Virus record (IMG/VR): IMGVR_UViG_3300037048_000239
Location: 1-24,259 of that record
Direction: 5' to 3' (one strand)
DNA: 24,259 bases
Origin: a virus
Lineage: Duplodnaviria > Caudoviricetes
Below the pieces are notes generated by a model that worked only from the letters and a program-made list of their open reading frames with translations, ran no database searches and was not told where the DNA came from. Shown in pieces: positions 8,250 through 16,173 of this stretch (positions are counted from its first letter, which is position 1; each line of letters starts with the position of its first letter). Made by a program: the position numbers and the translations under genes.

Positions 8250-11200
8250 CAGATCTTCACCGCCAATGGATCGTTGATCGCAGCGGCTGCCGTTGTCCGG
8301 CCGAGGCTTTTCGACATGCCGGAGTTGAACGAAGACGTCACCGCGCCTTCGTTGTTGCGGACAAACTTCACGGTCTTGCCCTCGAGGAAGCGCTCAGTCG
8401 ACTCCCCGTCGGCCTGGATCGTCACATGGACAACCTGCTGCTGAGGCTGCTGCTGTGGGGTCCGGAGATTACCCAGGCCCGGCAGACTTGACGCATAACC
8501 GTATTGCTGGCCGTTCATGCTGAAGCCCGACTGGTAAAGCGAGCCACCCTGCTGGGTCATCCAGACGCCACGCGGCTTGTTGTCTGCGAGCCCGGCGTTT
8601 TGGCCCGTCGCCATGGCGTATTCAAACACCATGTCGCGCACCTGCGCCGACCGGATCGCTGCTTCGAGATTGCCGCCGAAACTCGATTTCGCCATCTCGA
8701 CCACCGACCGGGCGAAGCCTTTGTCCACGGTGACCTTATAGATATCGCGGATCTTATCGATCGTCTTCTGATCTGAACCCTTCATGAAGAGCCGCACGAA
8801 ACCGGCGGCCGCACCCGCCGCGGCGCCGATCGCCGCGCCCAGCGGGCCTCCGTATTTGAAACCGATCAGCGCGCCGCCCGCAGTGGTTTCCGCCAGGCCC
8901 GTCCAGCCGCCACGCCGAAGGCCGTCCATCGCGAGCATCCCGCCACCAAGTAGCGCCGCGTTCGAGCGGCCCAGAGCTGAGAGCTTCTGCGTCATGCTGG
9001 CCGCCTGCCCGGTCGTGGCGGCACCAGGCGCATACTGGACGCCCCCGCTGAAACCCAGGAACTCCTTCAGACCTGCCAGGCTGCCCATCCCACGTGATGC
9101 CATCGCCCCAGCAGACGCCTGTGTCGCCGGATTCAGCATGGAAACGCTGGCGGGCAGAAACGGCGGAGTCACCGCCGCGCCGGCGCTCCCGCCGAAGACA
9201 GGCGCCGCGCCGATGCCGAGCAAGCCGCCCAGTCCGCCCAGCATCCCTGCGCCGCCGGAGGTTGCCGGACGCAATGAGGCTGTCGTGCCCGTAAACATCT
9301 GCATCAGCATCGCCGCCACGCGCGAGGTGACCACATCCTTGATGGCGGTGAGCAGCGCCGTTTTAAGCGAATTCCCGATCGCCGACCAAACCGACTGCGA
9401 TTTCGTCAGTAGGGCATCAAAGACGCCCTCGGCCTGGCGCTTGAACGAGTCGAAGATCCCTCGGTTGTGGTCCCGGACCATCTCGGCGGTCCGGATGGCG
9501 GCGTTCTGGCGCGCGGCGTCGACGGCGGCCGAGGGTTCTTCCTGGTTCGCCCGCTTGATCTCGTCCCGCTGGGCGCTCAACTCCGCGATCCGTGCCCGGA
9601 TTTCCTCGGCCCTGTAGCCGAGCCGCACCATTGCCGCTTCCTCTTCGATGAGCATCGTCGAGGTTTCAAGCTCGAACATCCGCATCCGGATGCCGTGGAC
9701 CCGCTCGATGTGATCGATCTCAATTTGAGCCCGCTGCGCCTCGACGGCCGCCTTCTGCTCGATGGTCTGAGCATCCACAACCTCAAGCGCTCGAAGCCGG
9801 GCGTCGCGAGCAAGCGTCGAGCGCTGATCTTCAATACCCATCGTGCGGTCGAGGTGATCGAGGTTCCGGCGGGCGATCTCCTCGCCGTATTCGAGCCGCT
9901 TCTGATGGAGAGAGGCCTCGACGGCCAGCCGCCGCAGCGCAGCCTCTTGCTCGGCTTGAACGTGTTCTGCCAACTGCGCGCGGGTGTCGCGCTGGAACTT
10001 CTCCCGGAACGCCGCCCAGCGCAAGGACAACTCTTCGATCACGTTCTGCCAGGCGCGTTTGGTGAGTCCCGCTTGGTGCTCGACGCCCTTGTCGTCGGTG
10101 AACGTGGCCCATTTCTTCGCCTGATCGCCCACCTGGGCCATCTCACGGGCGAAGCCTGTCAGATTCCCACGCCTGGCATCGGCGACAGCTTGCGCGGATT
10201 CGCGCTCGGCCTGGATCTGGTGTTTTCCAATGTCCTTGGCAAGCGTCTCGGCCTCGGCCTTCCGGCGCCGCGCCTCCTCAGCATCGACTCCGGCCTGATT
10301 CAGGTCCCGCATCCGCTTTCGAAACTCGTCGTTGTCGAATGCGTCGAAGAACTCCTTCGCCCCCTGCTTGCCGCCGAACATCGCTACACGCACCTGATCG
10401 AGGCTGAAACCCATCTTCTTGAGATCCTCGATGGACTTGCCGGCGTTGATAGCTTCGTTGATGCGCTTCAGGTCGTCTGCGGCCCGCTGCATGGCCACAA
10501 ACTCCTCATTGGCCTCGAGGGTGCGTTGGTTCATCTCGTAGATGGCCGTTCCAGCCACCGCCGCCCCCACAGCAATCGCCGTGAACGGATTCCGGGTCAT
10601 GGCCAGGGTGAGAGCATCCACTGCGCGCTTGGCCCCCGCAATCCAGCCGATAAATTGCGCCACTGCCGCGCCGATCACCGCCGCCGCAATCGCCTTCGCA
10701 AACAGCCCGAGGGCGTCGGAGTTTCGGTTCACCCATTTGGCGAGATCAGTGAGGCCTTCGATCATCCGCCGCATTTCGGGCAGGAACTCCGCGCCGATCG
10801 CCGCCTTCGCCTCTTCGACATACCGGCTCAAAGAGCCCATCTGCTTGCCGACCGTGCCGAGAGAAGCCTCATACGCTCCGGCGATCTTCGGCCCCTCGGC
10901 CAACACGACATTGAGCGCGGTATTGCGCCGCTCGATCTCGGTCATATCCCGGCCCAGTCGCCGCCGAGCCTCAGAGAACGCACGCTCGAACTGAATGTTG
11001 ATGCCATAGGTGCGCAGCACTTCGATCTGCTGCGTAGTGATGCCGCTCATGATGCCCTGCAGGGCGGCGGAAGAATCCTGGCCGGCGACGACGGCTGCAT
11101 CCTGGGCCAGCCGCGCGAGGTCAGTGGCCTTCGACAGATCCAGCTGCGACGCGATCATCTTGTTGACGATGTCGCGCGAGGCCTGCGTGGTGATGCCCAG

Positions 11201-11557
11201 ATCCTTGATCCTGCTTACCAGCCGCTCGATCGAGCCCTCGTTGTACCCATTTGCTCGGGCGAGTTGCGCGTTCACGACGGCCAGGGTTTCGTTCCGCGCC
11301 GCCAGGCGGCTGGTCTCCTCAATCTGGGTTTTCACCCAGCCGACCACTCGCTCAAACGCCGAAGCCAGCACACCGGCGGCCGCGGCACCCTTGGCGACAG
11401 AGACGGTCAGCCCGTCGATGCCGGATGAGGCTCCGCGCGCGGCCTTCACTGCTGTGGCTTCCATCGACGACAGGCCGGCGTTGACGCTCTTGATCGAAGC
11501 GTTGGCCCGGTTGACGTCAACTTCAACGACGAGTTCGAGTTTGTTGTCAGCGGGCAT
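8249..11557 (-). CDS. Tail tape measure protein
   Basis: 1102 aa, Ala/Gly-rich helical and coiled-coil sequence with hydrophobic segments. N-terminus MPADNKLELVVEVD. Lies between the tail chaperones and the Dit-like gene. Confidence 0.92.
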   Translation of the reverse strand: MPADNKLELVVEVDVNRANASIKSVNAGLSSMEATAVKAARGASSGIDGLTVSVAKGAAAAGVLASAFERVVGWVKTQIEETSRLAARNETLAVVNAQLARANGYNEGSIERLVSRIKDLGITTQASRDIVNKMIASQLDLSKATDLARLAQDAAVVAGQDSSAALQGIMSGITTQQIEVLRTYGINIQFERAFSEARRRLGRDMTEIERRNTALNVVLAEGPKIAGAYEASLGTVGKQMGSLSRYVEEAKAAIGAEFLPEMRRMIEGLTDLAKWVNRNSDALGLFAKAIAAAVIGAAVAQFIGWIAGAKRAVDALTLAMTRNPFTAIAVGAAVAGTAIYEMNQRTLEANEEFVAMQRAADDLKRINEAINAGKSIEDLKKMGFSLDQVRVAMFGGKQGAKEFFDAFDNDEFRKRMRDLNQAGVDAEEARRRKAEAETLAKDIGKHQIQAERESAQAVADARRGNLTGFAREMAQVGDQAKKWATFTDDKGVEHQAGLTKRAWQNVIEELSLRWAAFREKFQRDTRAQLAEHVQAEQEAALRRLAVEASLHQKRLEYGEEIARRNLDHLDRTMGIEDQRSTLARDARLRALEVVDAQTIEQKAAVEAQRAQIEIDHIERVHGIRMRMFELETSTMLIEEEAAMVRLGYRAEEIRARIAELSAQRDEIKRANQEEPSAAVDAARQNAAIRTAEMVRDHNRGIFDSFKRQAEGVFDALLTKSQSVWSAIGNSLKTALLTAIKDVVTSRVAAMLMQMFTGTTASLRPATSGGAGMLGGLGGLLGIGAAPVFGGSAGAAVTPPFLPASVSMLNPATQASAGAMASRGMGSLAGLKEFLGFSGGVQYAPGAATTGQAASMTQKLSALGRSNAALLGGGMLAMDGLRRGGWTGLAETTAGGALIGFKYGGPLGAAIGAAAGAAAGFVRLFMKGSDQKTIDKIRDIYKVTVDKGFARSVVEMAKSSFGGNLEAAIRSAQVRDMVFEYAMATGQNAGLADNKPRGVWMTQQGGSLYQSGFSMNGQQYGYASSLPGLGNLRTPQQQPQQQVVHVTIQADGESTERFLEGKTVKFVRNNEGAVTSSFNSGMSKSLGRTTAAAAINDPLAVKI

Positions 11558-11648
11558 TCAGATGGGGCCAAAGTAGCGTGAGGACTCAAGGAAGAAGCCA
11601 AAGCCGCGCCCTGTTCTCGTAGGGTTTATCAGTCTACCCGCTGGCTTT

Positions 11649-11657
11649 TGGTAACGT
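11649..11657 (+). promoter_or_regulatory. Possible extended -10 promoter element (TGgTAACGT) for the MBL gene
   Basis: TGn plus a 4/6 match to TATAAT with the key T, A and final T kept, about 80 nt upstream of ATG 11740. No convincing -35. Confidence 0.2.
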
Positions 11658-11739
11658 GAGGGTGGCTACAGCCTCTCCGCGGCCATCGGGGGGCAATAAC
11701 AGCTTCCTGCTCCGGGCCGCGCGGGATGAGAACAGTGCG

Positions 11740-12978
11740 ATGAGGGTCTGCATACACCGCGGAACGAAGGAGATCGGGGGCACCTGCGTTGAGATTGAAT
11801 CGAGGAGCGCACGCATCGTCTTGGATGTCGGATTGCCGTTAGATGCCGCTACTCCGGATGAGGTGCCGCTGCATTCAGTTCCCGGTTTCGAAAAACCAGA
11901 TGCGTCGCTGCTTGGTGTTGTTATTTCGCACCCACACCAAGATCACTACGGGCTCGCATACCGCTTGCCGGATCAGACGCGGTTTCTCATCGGCAAAGCC
12001 GCCCAGTCCATTTTGGCGGCAGCGGACTTGTTTACACCAGCCGGGGCCACATTCGAGAATGTAATTTATCTGGAGGACCGGAAGCCCATCGTGCTCGGTC
12101 CATTCACTATTCTTCCCTTCCTCGTGGATCACTCCGCGTACGACTCTTATGCGTTGCTGGTTGAAGCAGATGGCAAGCGACTTTTCTATTCGGGTGACCT
12201 GCGGGCTCACGGTCGCAAAGGAGCGCTCTTCGAAAAACTGGTTAGACAACCTCCCGACCGGGTGGATGTACTGCTGATGGAGGGGACAACCGTTGGTCGA
12301 GACGACCAGGAGTTCCCCTCAGAGACTGCCCTGGAACAACGTTTCGTTGAGTTGTTTCAGCAGACGGAGGGGATGCCACTGGTTTGGTGTTCCGGCCAGA
12401 ACATCGACAGGCTCGTGACCATATTCCGGGCGTGTGTCAATGCAGGACGGCAGTTCATCATCGACATGTACACCGCGCATGTCTTGAGGGCGACCGACAA
12501 CGAACGGCTGCCACAGGCCGGTTGGGATCACATCAAAGTATTTCTACCTGGCACGCAACGACGGCAGATCGTCCGGCGCGGCGAGTTCGCCATCGCCAAC
12601 AGCTACCGACCTTGGCGTATCTTCCCCGAACAGCTTGCTCAAGCCGCGGCAACATCCGTAATGCTGTTCAGGCCGAGCATGATCAATGACGTCGAGCAAG
12701 CCTCCTGCCTGCCAGGGGCCAGGCTCATCTTCTCCCTCTGGTCAGGCTACTTGAAAGATCCCACCAAAAAGCCATTTCTTGAATGGCTCCATCGGAACGG
12801 TATTCCTCTGAGCGAGTGCCACACGTCAGGACACGCTTCGGTTGAGGACTTGAGGAGTCTGCGGCGGGCCTTTCCAAACGCCGCAGTAGTGCCCGTTCAT
12901 ACCGCCAACGCGGATCGCTTCGAGCAACTGTTTGGGAATGTGGAGCGCCGGAATGATGGTGAGTGGTGGACTGTCTGA
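11740..12978 (+). CDS. MBL-fold metallo-hydrolase, beta-CASP/RNase J-like nuclease
   Basis: 412 aa from ATG 11740 (MRVCIHRGTKEIGGTC). Motifs LDVG, HPHQDH, DHS and SGD, then beta-CASP motifs A (LLMEGT), B (HTSGH) and C (PVH). Lacks the C-terminal domain of housekeeping RNase J. Confidence 0.9.
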   Translation: MRVCIHRGTKEIGGTCVEIESRSARIVLDVGLPLDAATPDEVPLHSVPGFEKPDASLLGVVISHPHQDHYGLAYRLPDQTRFLIGKAAQSILAAADLFTPAGATFENVIYLEDRKPIVLGPFTILPFLVDHSAYDSYALLVEADGKRLFYSGDLRAHGRKGALFEKLVRQPPDRVDVLLMEGTTVGRDDQEFPSETALEQRFVELFQQTEGMPLVWCSGQNIDRLVTIFRACVNAGRQFIIDMYTAHVLRATDNERLPQAGWDHIKVFLPGTQRRQIVRRGEFAIANSYRPWRIFPEQLAQAAATSVMLFRPSMINDVEQASCLPGARLIFSLWSGYLKDPTKKPFLEWLHRNGIPLSECHTSGHASVEDLRSLRRAFPNAAVVPVHTANADRFEQLFGNVERRNDGEWWTV

Positions 12979-13008
12979 AATCCAGCGAGCCATCTCGCCT
13001 CTCTCCAA

Positions 13009-13830
13009 CTACTGCCCCGAATCTGACCGGAGGTCAAGTACCCGTGCACCGGTTATTGTCGGCAAGCCCACATCGTTCCAGATGCCCTCAACAGCAACAA
13101 AATGGATGTCGAACCATCGTCCCAGAGCATCGACCAGTTGCCAGAAGGGCGGCCAAGCCTCGGCGGGAAAAGCTCCAGCCTTGGTTGTGGGCCACCGTCC
13201 CAGAGATCTTGACCAGTATTCCTCCGGCGCGACACCGATCAAAGTTAACCTGTCCAAGCTTTCGGGAAACTGTGAGGACTGCGCGCCACCCGAACCCAGC
13301 GCTCTGGCCCAATGGTCCTTGAGTGCTGGCCAGGCCTTTCGGATTGCGAATCCGTATGCGGCTACTTCCACCAACATCCGAAGGGGACTTTCGTTGGTCT
13401 TGCGTCTCTTCAGTTCGTTTGGCACCGGGAGCAGGTCCGTCCCGATGCCGAGAAGGTCGACGGCGCCCCAGCGACTATTTGCACGAGAGGCCCGCAGAGG
13501 ATATTGGTAGGTCTGAATGTGCTTACAGACCGGAGTATATTCGCTCGAACTTCCGGGTCCCCACTTCCCGTGCATTGCCCGTTCCCACTTATCCTCCTCA
13601 TGTGTCAGAGGGGGGTCCGTCTTGCGATCTAAGCAGAAGTCCGTCTTGCGATGCGGGGCCTTGTCGATTGTATTTTCGACAAGTTCATCGAGGTTCAACA
13701 GAATGTCCTCTATCTGTTGCTTCGCATACTGGAGTTGGAAGCTGAACGAACCGCGCCCCTCTCCCGGTTTGGAAATTTCCTGCAGCCCCAACTTGAGGAT
13801 GGGATCAATCTTGCGAATATTGCTCGGCAT
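13009..13830 (-). CDS. Putative PD-(D/E)xK-superfamily nuclease
   Basis: 273 aa from ATG 13830 with GGAGG upstream; the ORF-track start at 14022 overlaps gpGT and is unlikely. Motif order EEDKWE...YQYPL...GAVDLLG...PNELK...PLRMLVEVAAY fits E...D...ExK plus a (Q/E)xxxY helix. Confidence 0.65.
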   Translation of the reverse strand: MPSNIRKIDPILKLGLQEISKPGEGRGSFSFQLQYAKQQIEDILLNLDELVENTIDKAPHRKTDFCLDRKTDPPLTHEEDKWERAMHGKWGPGSSSEYTPVCKHIQTYQYPLRASRANSRWGAVDLLGIGTDLLPVPNELKRRKTNESPLRMLVEVAAYGFAIRKAWPALKDHWARALGSGGAQSSQFPESLDRLTLIGVAPEEYWSRSLGRWPTTKAGAFPAEAWPPFWQLVDALGRWFDIHFVAVEGIWNDVGLPTITGARVLDLRSDSGQ

Positions 13831-13921
13831 CGATGCATCGCCTCCGTGAACAGACGGCTCAGGCCAAGTACTTGAATAGCAGAAGTGGTGCATCCAGGTA
13901 CGTGCAGAAACGCCGGCCACA

Positions 13922-13985
13922 GGAAAGAAGACCGCACGCGGCGACTTGGGTAGCCCACCCTTCAAGGTCAGGTCGCGCGGCGATC
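13922..13985 (-). terminator. Possible structured RNA or terminator-like hairpin after the gpGT stop
   Basis: Minus-strand GATCGCCGCGCGAC...GTCGCCGCGTGCGGTC can form about 14 bp with two single-base bulges, followed by TTCTTTCC. Confidence 0.3.
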
Positions 13986-13990
13986 CGCTA

Positions 13991-14317
13991 TCACTCTGGA
14001 TTCTCGCGGCCCAGTCGATCACGCTCTCCCTCGAGAGTCAGCATCGCAGCAAACTCATCCGCGCCAATCTCATCGAGGCCAATCCGGATGCCCAGCTTCA
14101 ACGCACCCTGAAGTTCAACCGCGCGCCTCAGCATCAGCCCAGCTTCGGTAGACTGCGCGGCATCGAGTCGGTCCAGCGGGCAGTGGTCACATCGCCCTCC
14201 GTCGTCTGGCGCATCGTGGCAAAGTCCAGGATCGCAGAGTTCATCCCGGCGCAGTGACCAGTGAATCAGAAATCGCAGGGAGGGCTGATCGGGCCACTCC
14301 CCGCTCGTCAGTTTGGG
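13991..14317 (-). CDS. Tail assembly chaperone gpGT extension (T frame), reached by a -1 frameshift
   Basis: Open -1 frame after the slippery site: PKLTSGEWPDQPSLRFLIHWSLRRDELCDPGLC...CDHCPLDRLD...RENPE. No in-frame ATG near its 5' end. Confidence 0.8.
   Translation of the reverse strand, partial: PKLTSGEWPDQPSLRFLIHWSLRRDELCDPGLCHDAPDDGGRCDHCPLDRLDAAQSTEAGLMLRRAVELQGALKLGIRIGLDEIGADEFAAMLTLEGERDRLGRENPE
14274..14317 (-). promoter_or_regulatory. Programmed -1 ribosomal frameshift signal: slippery heptamer plus stimulatory hairpin
   Basis: C CCA AAC (14317-14311) is a perfect X XXY YYZ directly before the TGA. A 6-nt spacer follows, then stem GCGGGGAG-T-GGC / GCC-CTCCCTGC. Confidence 0.85.
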
Positions 14318-14928
14318 TCCACGGTCTCCTGGAACGAAGCTTCGAGGGCATCGATGGCCGCCTTCACCGCCACGGCCTGGTGGATGATCGGCACATCGCC
14401 GGCGTAGCCATCGGCGGCCAGCACCAACCGCTTGTACAGGGCGCCCGCCGGTGCGAGGTTGATGATCAATTCCTGGCGGTTGTAGGGCAGGTCGAGCACC
14501 CGGGCGAAGCCGCGGCGGTATTCGAAGACATCCTTCGCCGAGGGCATGCGCAGGGAGTGCGTAACTGTGCCTCCGAGCACCCGGAGCGTCACTTCGAAGC
14601 CTTCGCCCACCTGGGTCACGTCGTCGACTTCGGCCTGACCCAACTGCTCGATGACGCGGCTGGCCTCGAAGGGGTCTACCTCGGGGGCATCCGGCTCCGG
14701 CACGCGGATCTTGGCCAGCAATGCCGCGTCGGCGTCCTCGGAGTTGGGAATGGTGGTTTCGGAGATCCCGCGCCCCAGTTGTTTCACGATCACCTTGCGG
14801 CGGCGCTGGCGCTCGATCCACTCCTCGTTGGTCGGGAAGCGCACGCGGACGGTCTTCACGCCTGCGGGCGTCCGTAGGTTCAGCGCGACGGGGCGCGCAG
14901 CATCAAATACGCTCTGAGTCTGTTCCAT
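14308..14928 (-). CDS. Tail assembly chaperone (gpG-like)
   Basis: 206 aa from ATG 14928 (MEQTQSVF) with GAGGAG upstream. Follows the tail tube and ends in a slippery heptamer. Confidence 0.8.
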   Translation of the reverse strand: MEQTQSVFDAARPVALNLRTPAGVKTVRVRFPTNEEWIERQRRRKVIVKQLGRGISETTIPNSEDADAALLAKIRVPEPDAPEVDPFEASRVIEQLGQAEVDDVTQVGEGFEVTLRVLGGTVTHSLRMPSAKDVFEYRRGFARVLDLPYNRQELIINLAPAGALYKRLVLAADGYAGDVPIIHQAVAVKAAIDALEASFQETVDPN

Positions 14929-14947
14929 GAAGAAGTCTCCTCTGATG

Positions 14948-14971
14948 ACTTCAGGTAAATATTCCTGAAGT
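14948..14971. repeat. Intergenic inverted repeat between the tail tube and chaperone genes
   Basis: ACTTCAGG-taaatatt-CCTGAAGT: perfect 8-bp arms with an 8-nt AT loop. Confidence 0.7.
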
Positions 14972-14975
14972 TGTC

Positions 14976-16016
14976 CTACTGGCCAATGCTGTCCACGCCG
15001 CACTTGGCGACGGCGGAGACGATTCCATTGGTTGCGTCATACATCGGCAGGCACTCGACCGCCACGGTGACAATGCCGTCGGTCTCGCCGATCTCGACGG
15101 TCGCAAACGACACTTTGTGCCAGGTGAGCTCGAGCGAATTGTTGGCGTCGTAGGCGAGCGAGATGACCGCCGTGCCCGTGGTCTGGCTTTTCAGCTTCGT
15201 CAACTCCGTGGATCCGTTCTCAAACCGGGCGACGAACTTCAACGTCCCTTGCCGCTTGCCGAATTCGAGCCGCCCGCGGATGGCGCCGCTGGTGGCATCG
15301 CCTGCAGTCTGGAAGCCCGAGCCCGGATAGAAGCCTGCATCGAGCAGAATGTTGTTCTTCCAGGAGGTCTCCAACGACACGATGTTCTTGTTCGAGACGT
15401 AATTGACCCCGTTGATCGACAGCGCCAGCGAGGCCGACGGCAGCAGCTTCTCGAGCGTCGCCGCCGGAACGACGATGCCCGACGGGTCGGTCAGCTTGCC
15501 GGAGCCCACAAACTCGACATTGATCTTCGAGTTGGCGCGGCCCGGCCCGCTGCCAATCGAGATCGTCCAGCCTTCGATGGCGCAGCCCACGGCCATCCGG
15601 TCCAGGACCACGCCAGCGCCCGGGCGGATTTGTTCGACGAAGCTGAAGTAGGGCAGCTCCGCCGCGTCGCCGTTGGCCGGGAACAGTGGCGCGCAAGTGT
15701 AAGTGTAATTGGGCGCTGTGCCGGACTTCACAACTTTGCCGAGTGAGAACGACATCGCCCAGGCAGCGATCTCGGCGCTCAGGTACTTTTCCAGGGTGCT
15801 GCCCGCGTCCCAGGAGGTCTGGAACGACTGCGAGGCAAACTCGTGGCCCTTGCCGTACTCGTCGGCGTCGTTCTCGGTGTTGAGCTTCGGGTTGGCAAGC
15901 TGGGCGTTCAGCTTCCGCAATTGCCACATCTGGCCGGCCGTGTTGGCCGTCGCGATGTCGGTCTGCTTCTGCTTGCCGAAGCAGATGAGCACTTCCTGGA
16001 GCCTAGCTGTCGACAT
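14976..16016 (-). CDS. Major tail (tube) protein
   Basis: 346 aa, beta-rich and Thr/Ser/Gly-rich, directly upstream of the frameshifted chaperone. GGAGG upstream. No sheath gene in the operon. Confidence 0.8.
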   Translation of the reverse strand: MSTARLQEVLICFGKQKQTDIATANTAGQMWQLRKLNAQLANPKLNTENDADEYGKGHEFASQSFQTSWDAGSTLEKYLSAEIAAWAMSFSLGKVVKSGTAPNYTYTCAPLFPANGDAAELPYFSFVEQIRPGAGVVLDRMAVGCAIEGWTISIGSGPGRANSKINVEFVGSGKLTDPSGIVVPAATLEKLLPSASLALSINGVNYVSNKNIVSLETSWKNNILLDAGFYPGSGFQTAGDATSGAIRGRLEFGKRQGTLKFVARFENGSTELTKLKSQTTGTAVISLAYDANNSLELTWHKVSFATVEIGETDGIVTVAVECLPMYDATNGIVSAVAKCGVDSIGQ

Positions 16017-16173
16017 CGGGCTTCACCTCCTGTTTGTCCTTTTTCGGCGGCGGCGCGCACTGGGCCCAGCCAGCGACTAAACGGGGCACCAGCACCTGCG
16101 GCGTCGCTTCCACTTCTTCCGGCTCGCCCTGGCCATGGGGTGGCATTAACCATACGGTCTGCGGCTTACTCAT
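16003..16173 (-). CDS. Small hypothetical protein (56 aa)
   Basis: ATG 16173 overlaps the end of the upstream gene; its stop overlaps the tube gene start. MSKPQTVWLMPPHGQGEPEEVEATPQVLVPRLVAGWAQC. Fills the gap exactly. Confidence 0.65.
   Translation of the reverse strand: MSKPQTVWLMPPHGQGEPEEVEATPQVLVPRLVAGWAQCAPPPKKDKQEVKPDVDS

Larger units (their letters stand above)
11560..13990. other. Accessory (moron-like) two-gene cassette between gpGT and the tape measure
   Basis: Breaks the normally adjacent G-T-H order. Contains the only credible plus-strand gene and unusually long intergenic spacers, with visibly more A/T-ending codons than the flanking structural genes. Confidence 0.8.

Noticed and set aside
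8435-8455. CAG-rich run in the tape measure (QQQPQQQ) as a contingency repeat
   Set aside because: Short, interrupted and in-frame; an ordinary low-complexity linker.
9467-11428. 653-aa plus-strand ORF
   Set aside because: Antisense shadow of the tape measure gene.
11740-12978. MBL gene as an antibiotic-resistance metallo-beta-lactamase
   Set aside because: No signal peptide; length and beta-CASP motifs point to a nucleic-acid hydrolase.
12985-12998. Hairpin between the convergent genes as an intrinsic terminator
   Set aside because: Only a 5-bp stem with no U-tract on either strand.
11560-13990. Cassette as an IS or transposon
   Set aside because: No transposase or recombinase gene, and I found no terminal inverted repeats or target-site duplication by eye.
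14308-14317. Frame change as a sequencing error or pseudogene
   Set aside because: It coincides with a canonical slippery heptamer and hairpin at the conserved G/GT position.
14318-14821. 5' part of the 276-aa ORF 13991-14821 as an independent gene
   Set aside because: It overlaps the chaperone in another frame and is Arg/Pro/Gly-rich noise. Only the part after the slippery site looks coding.
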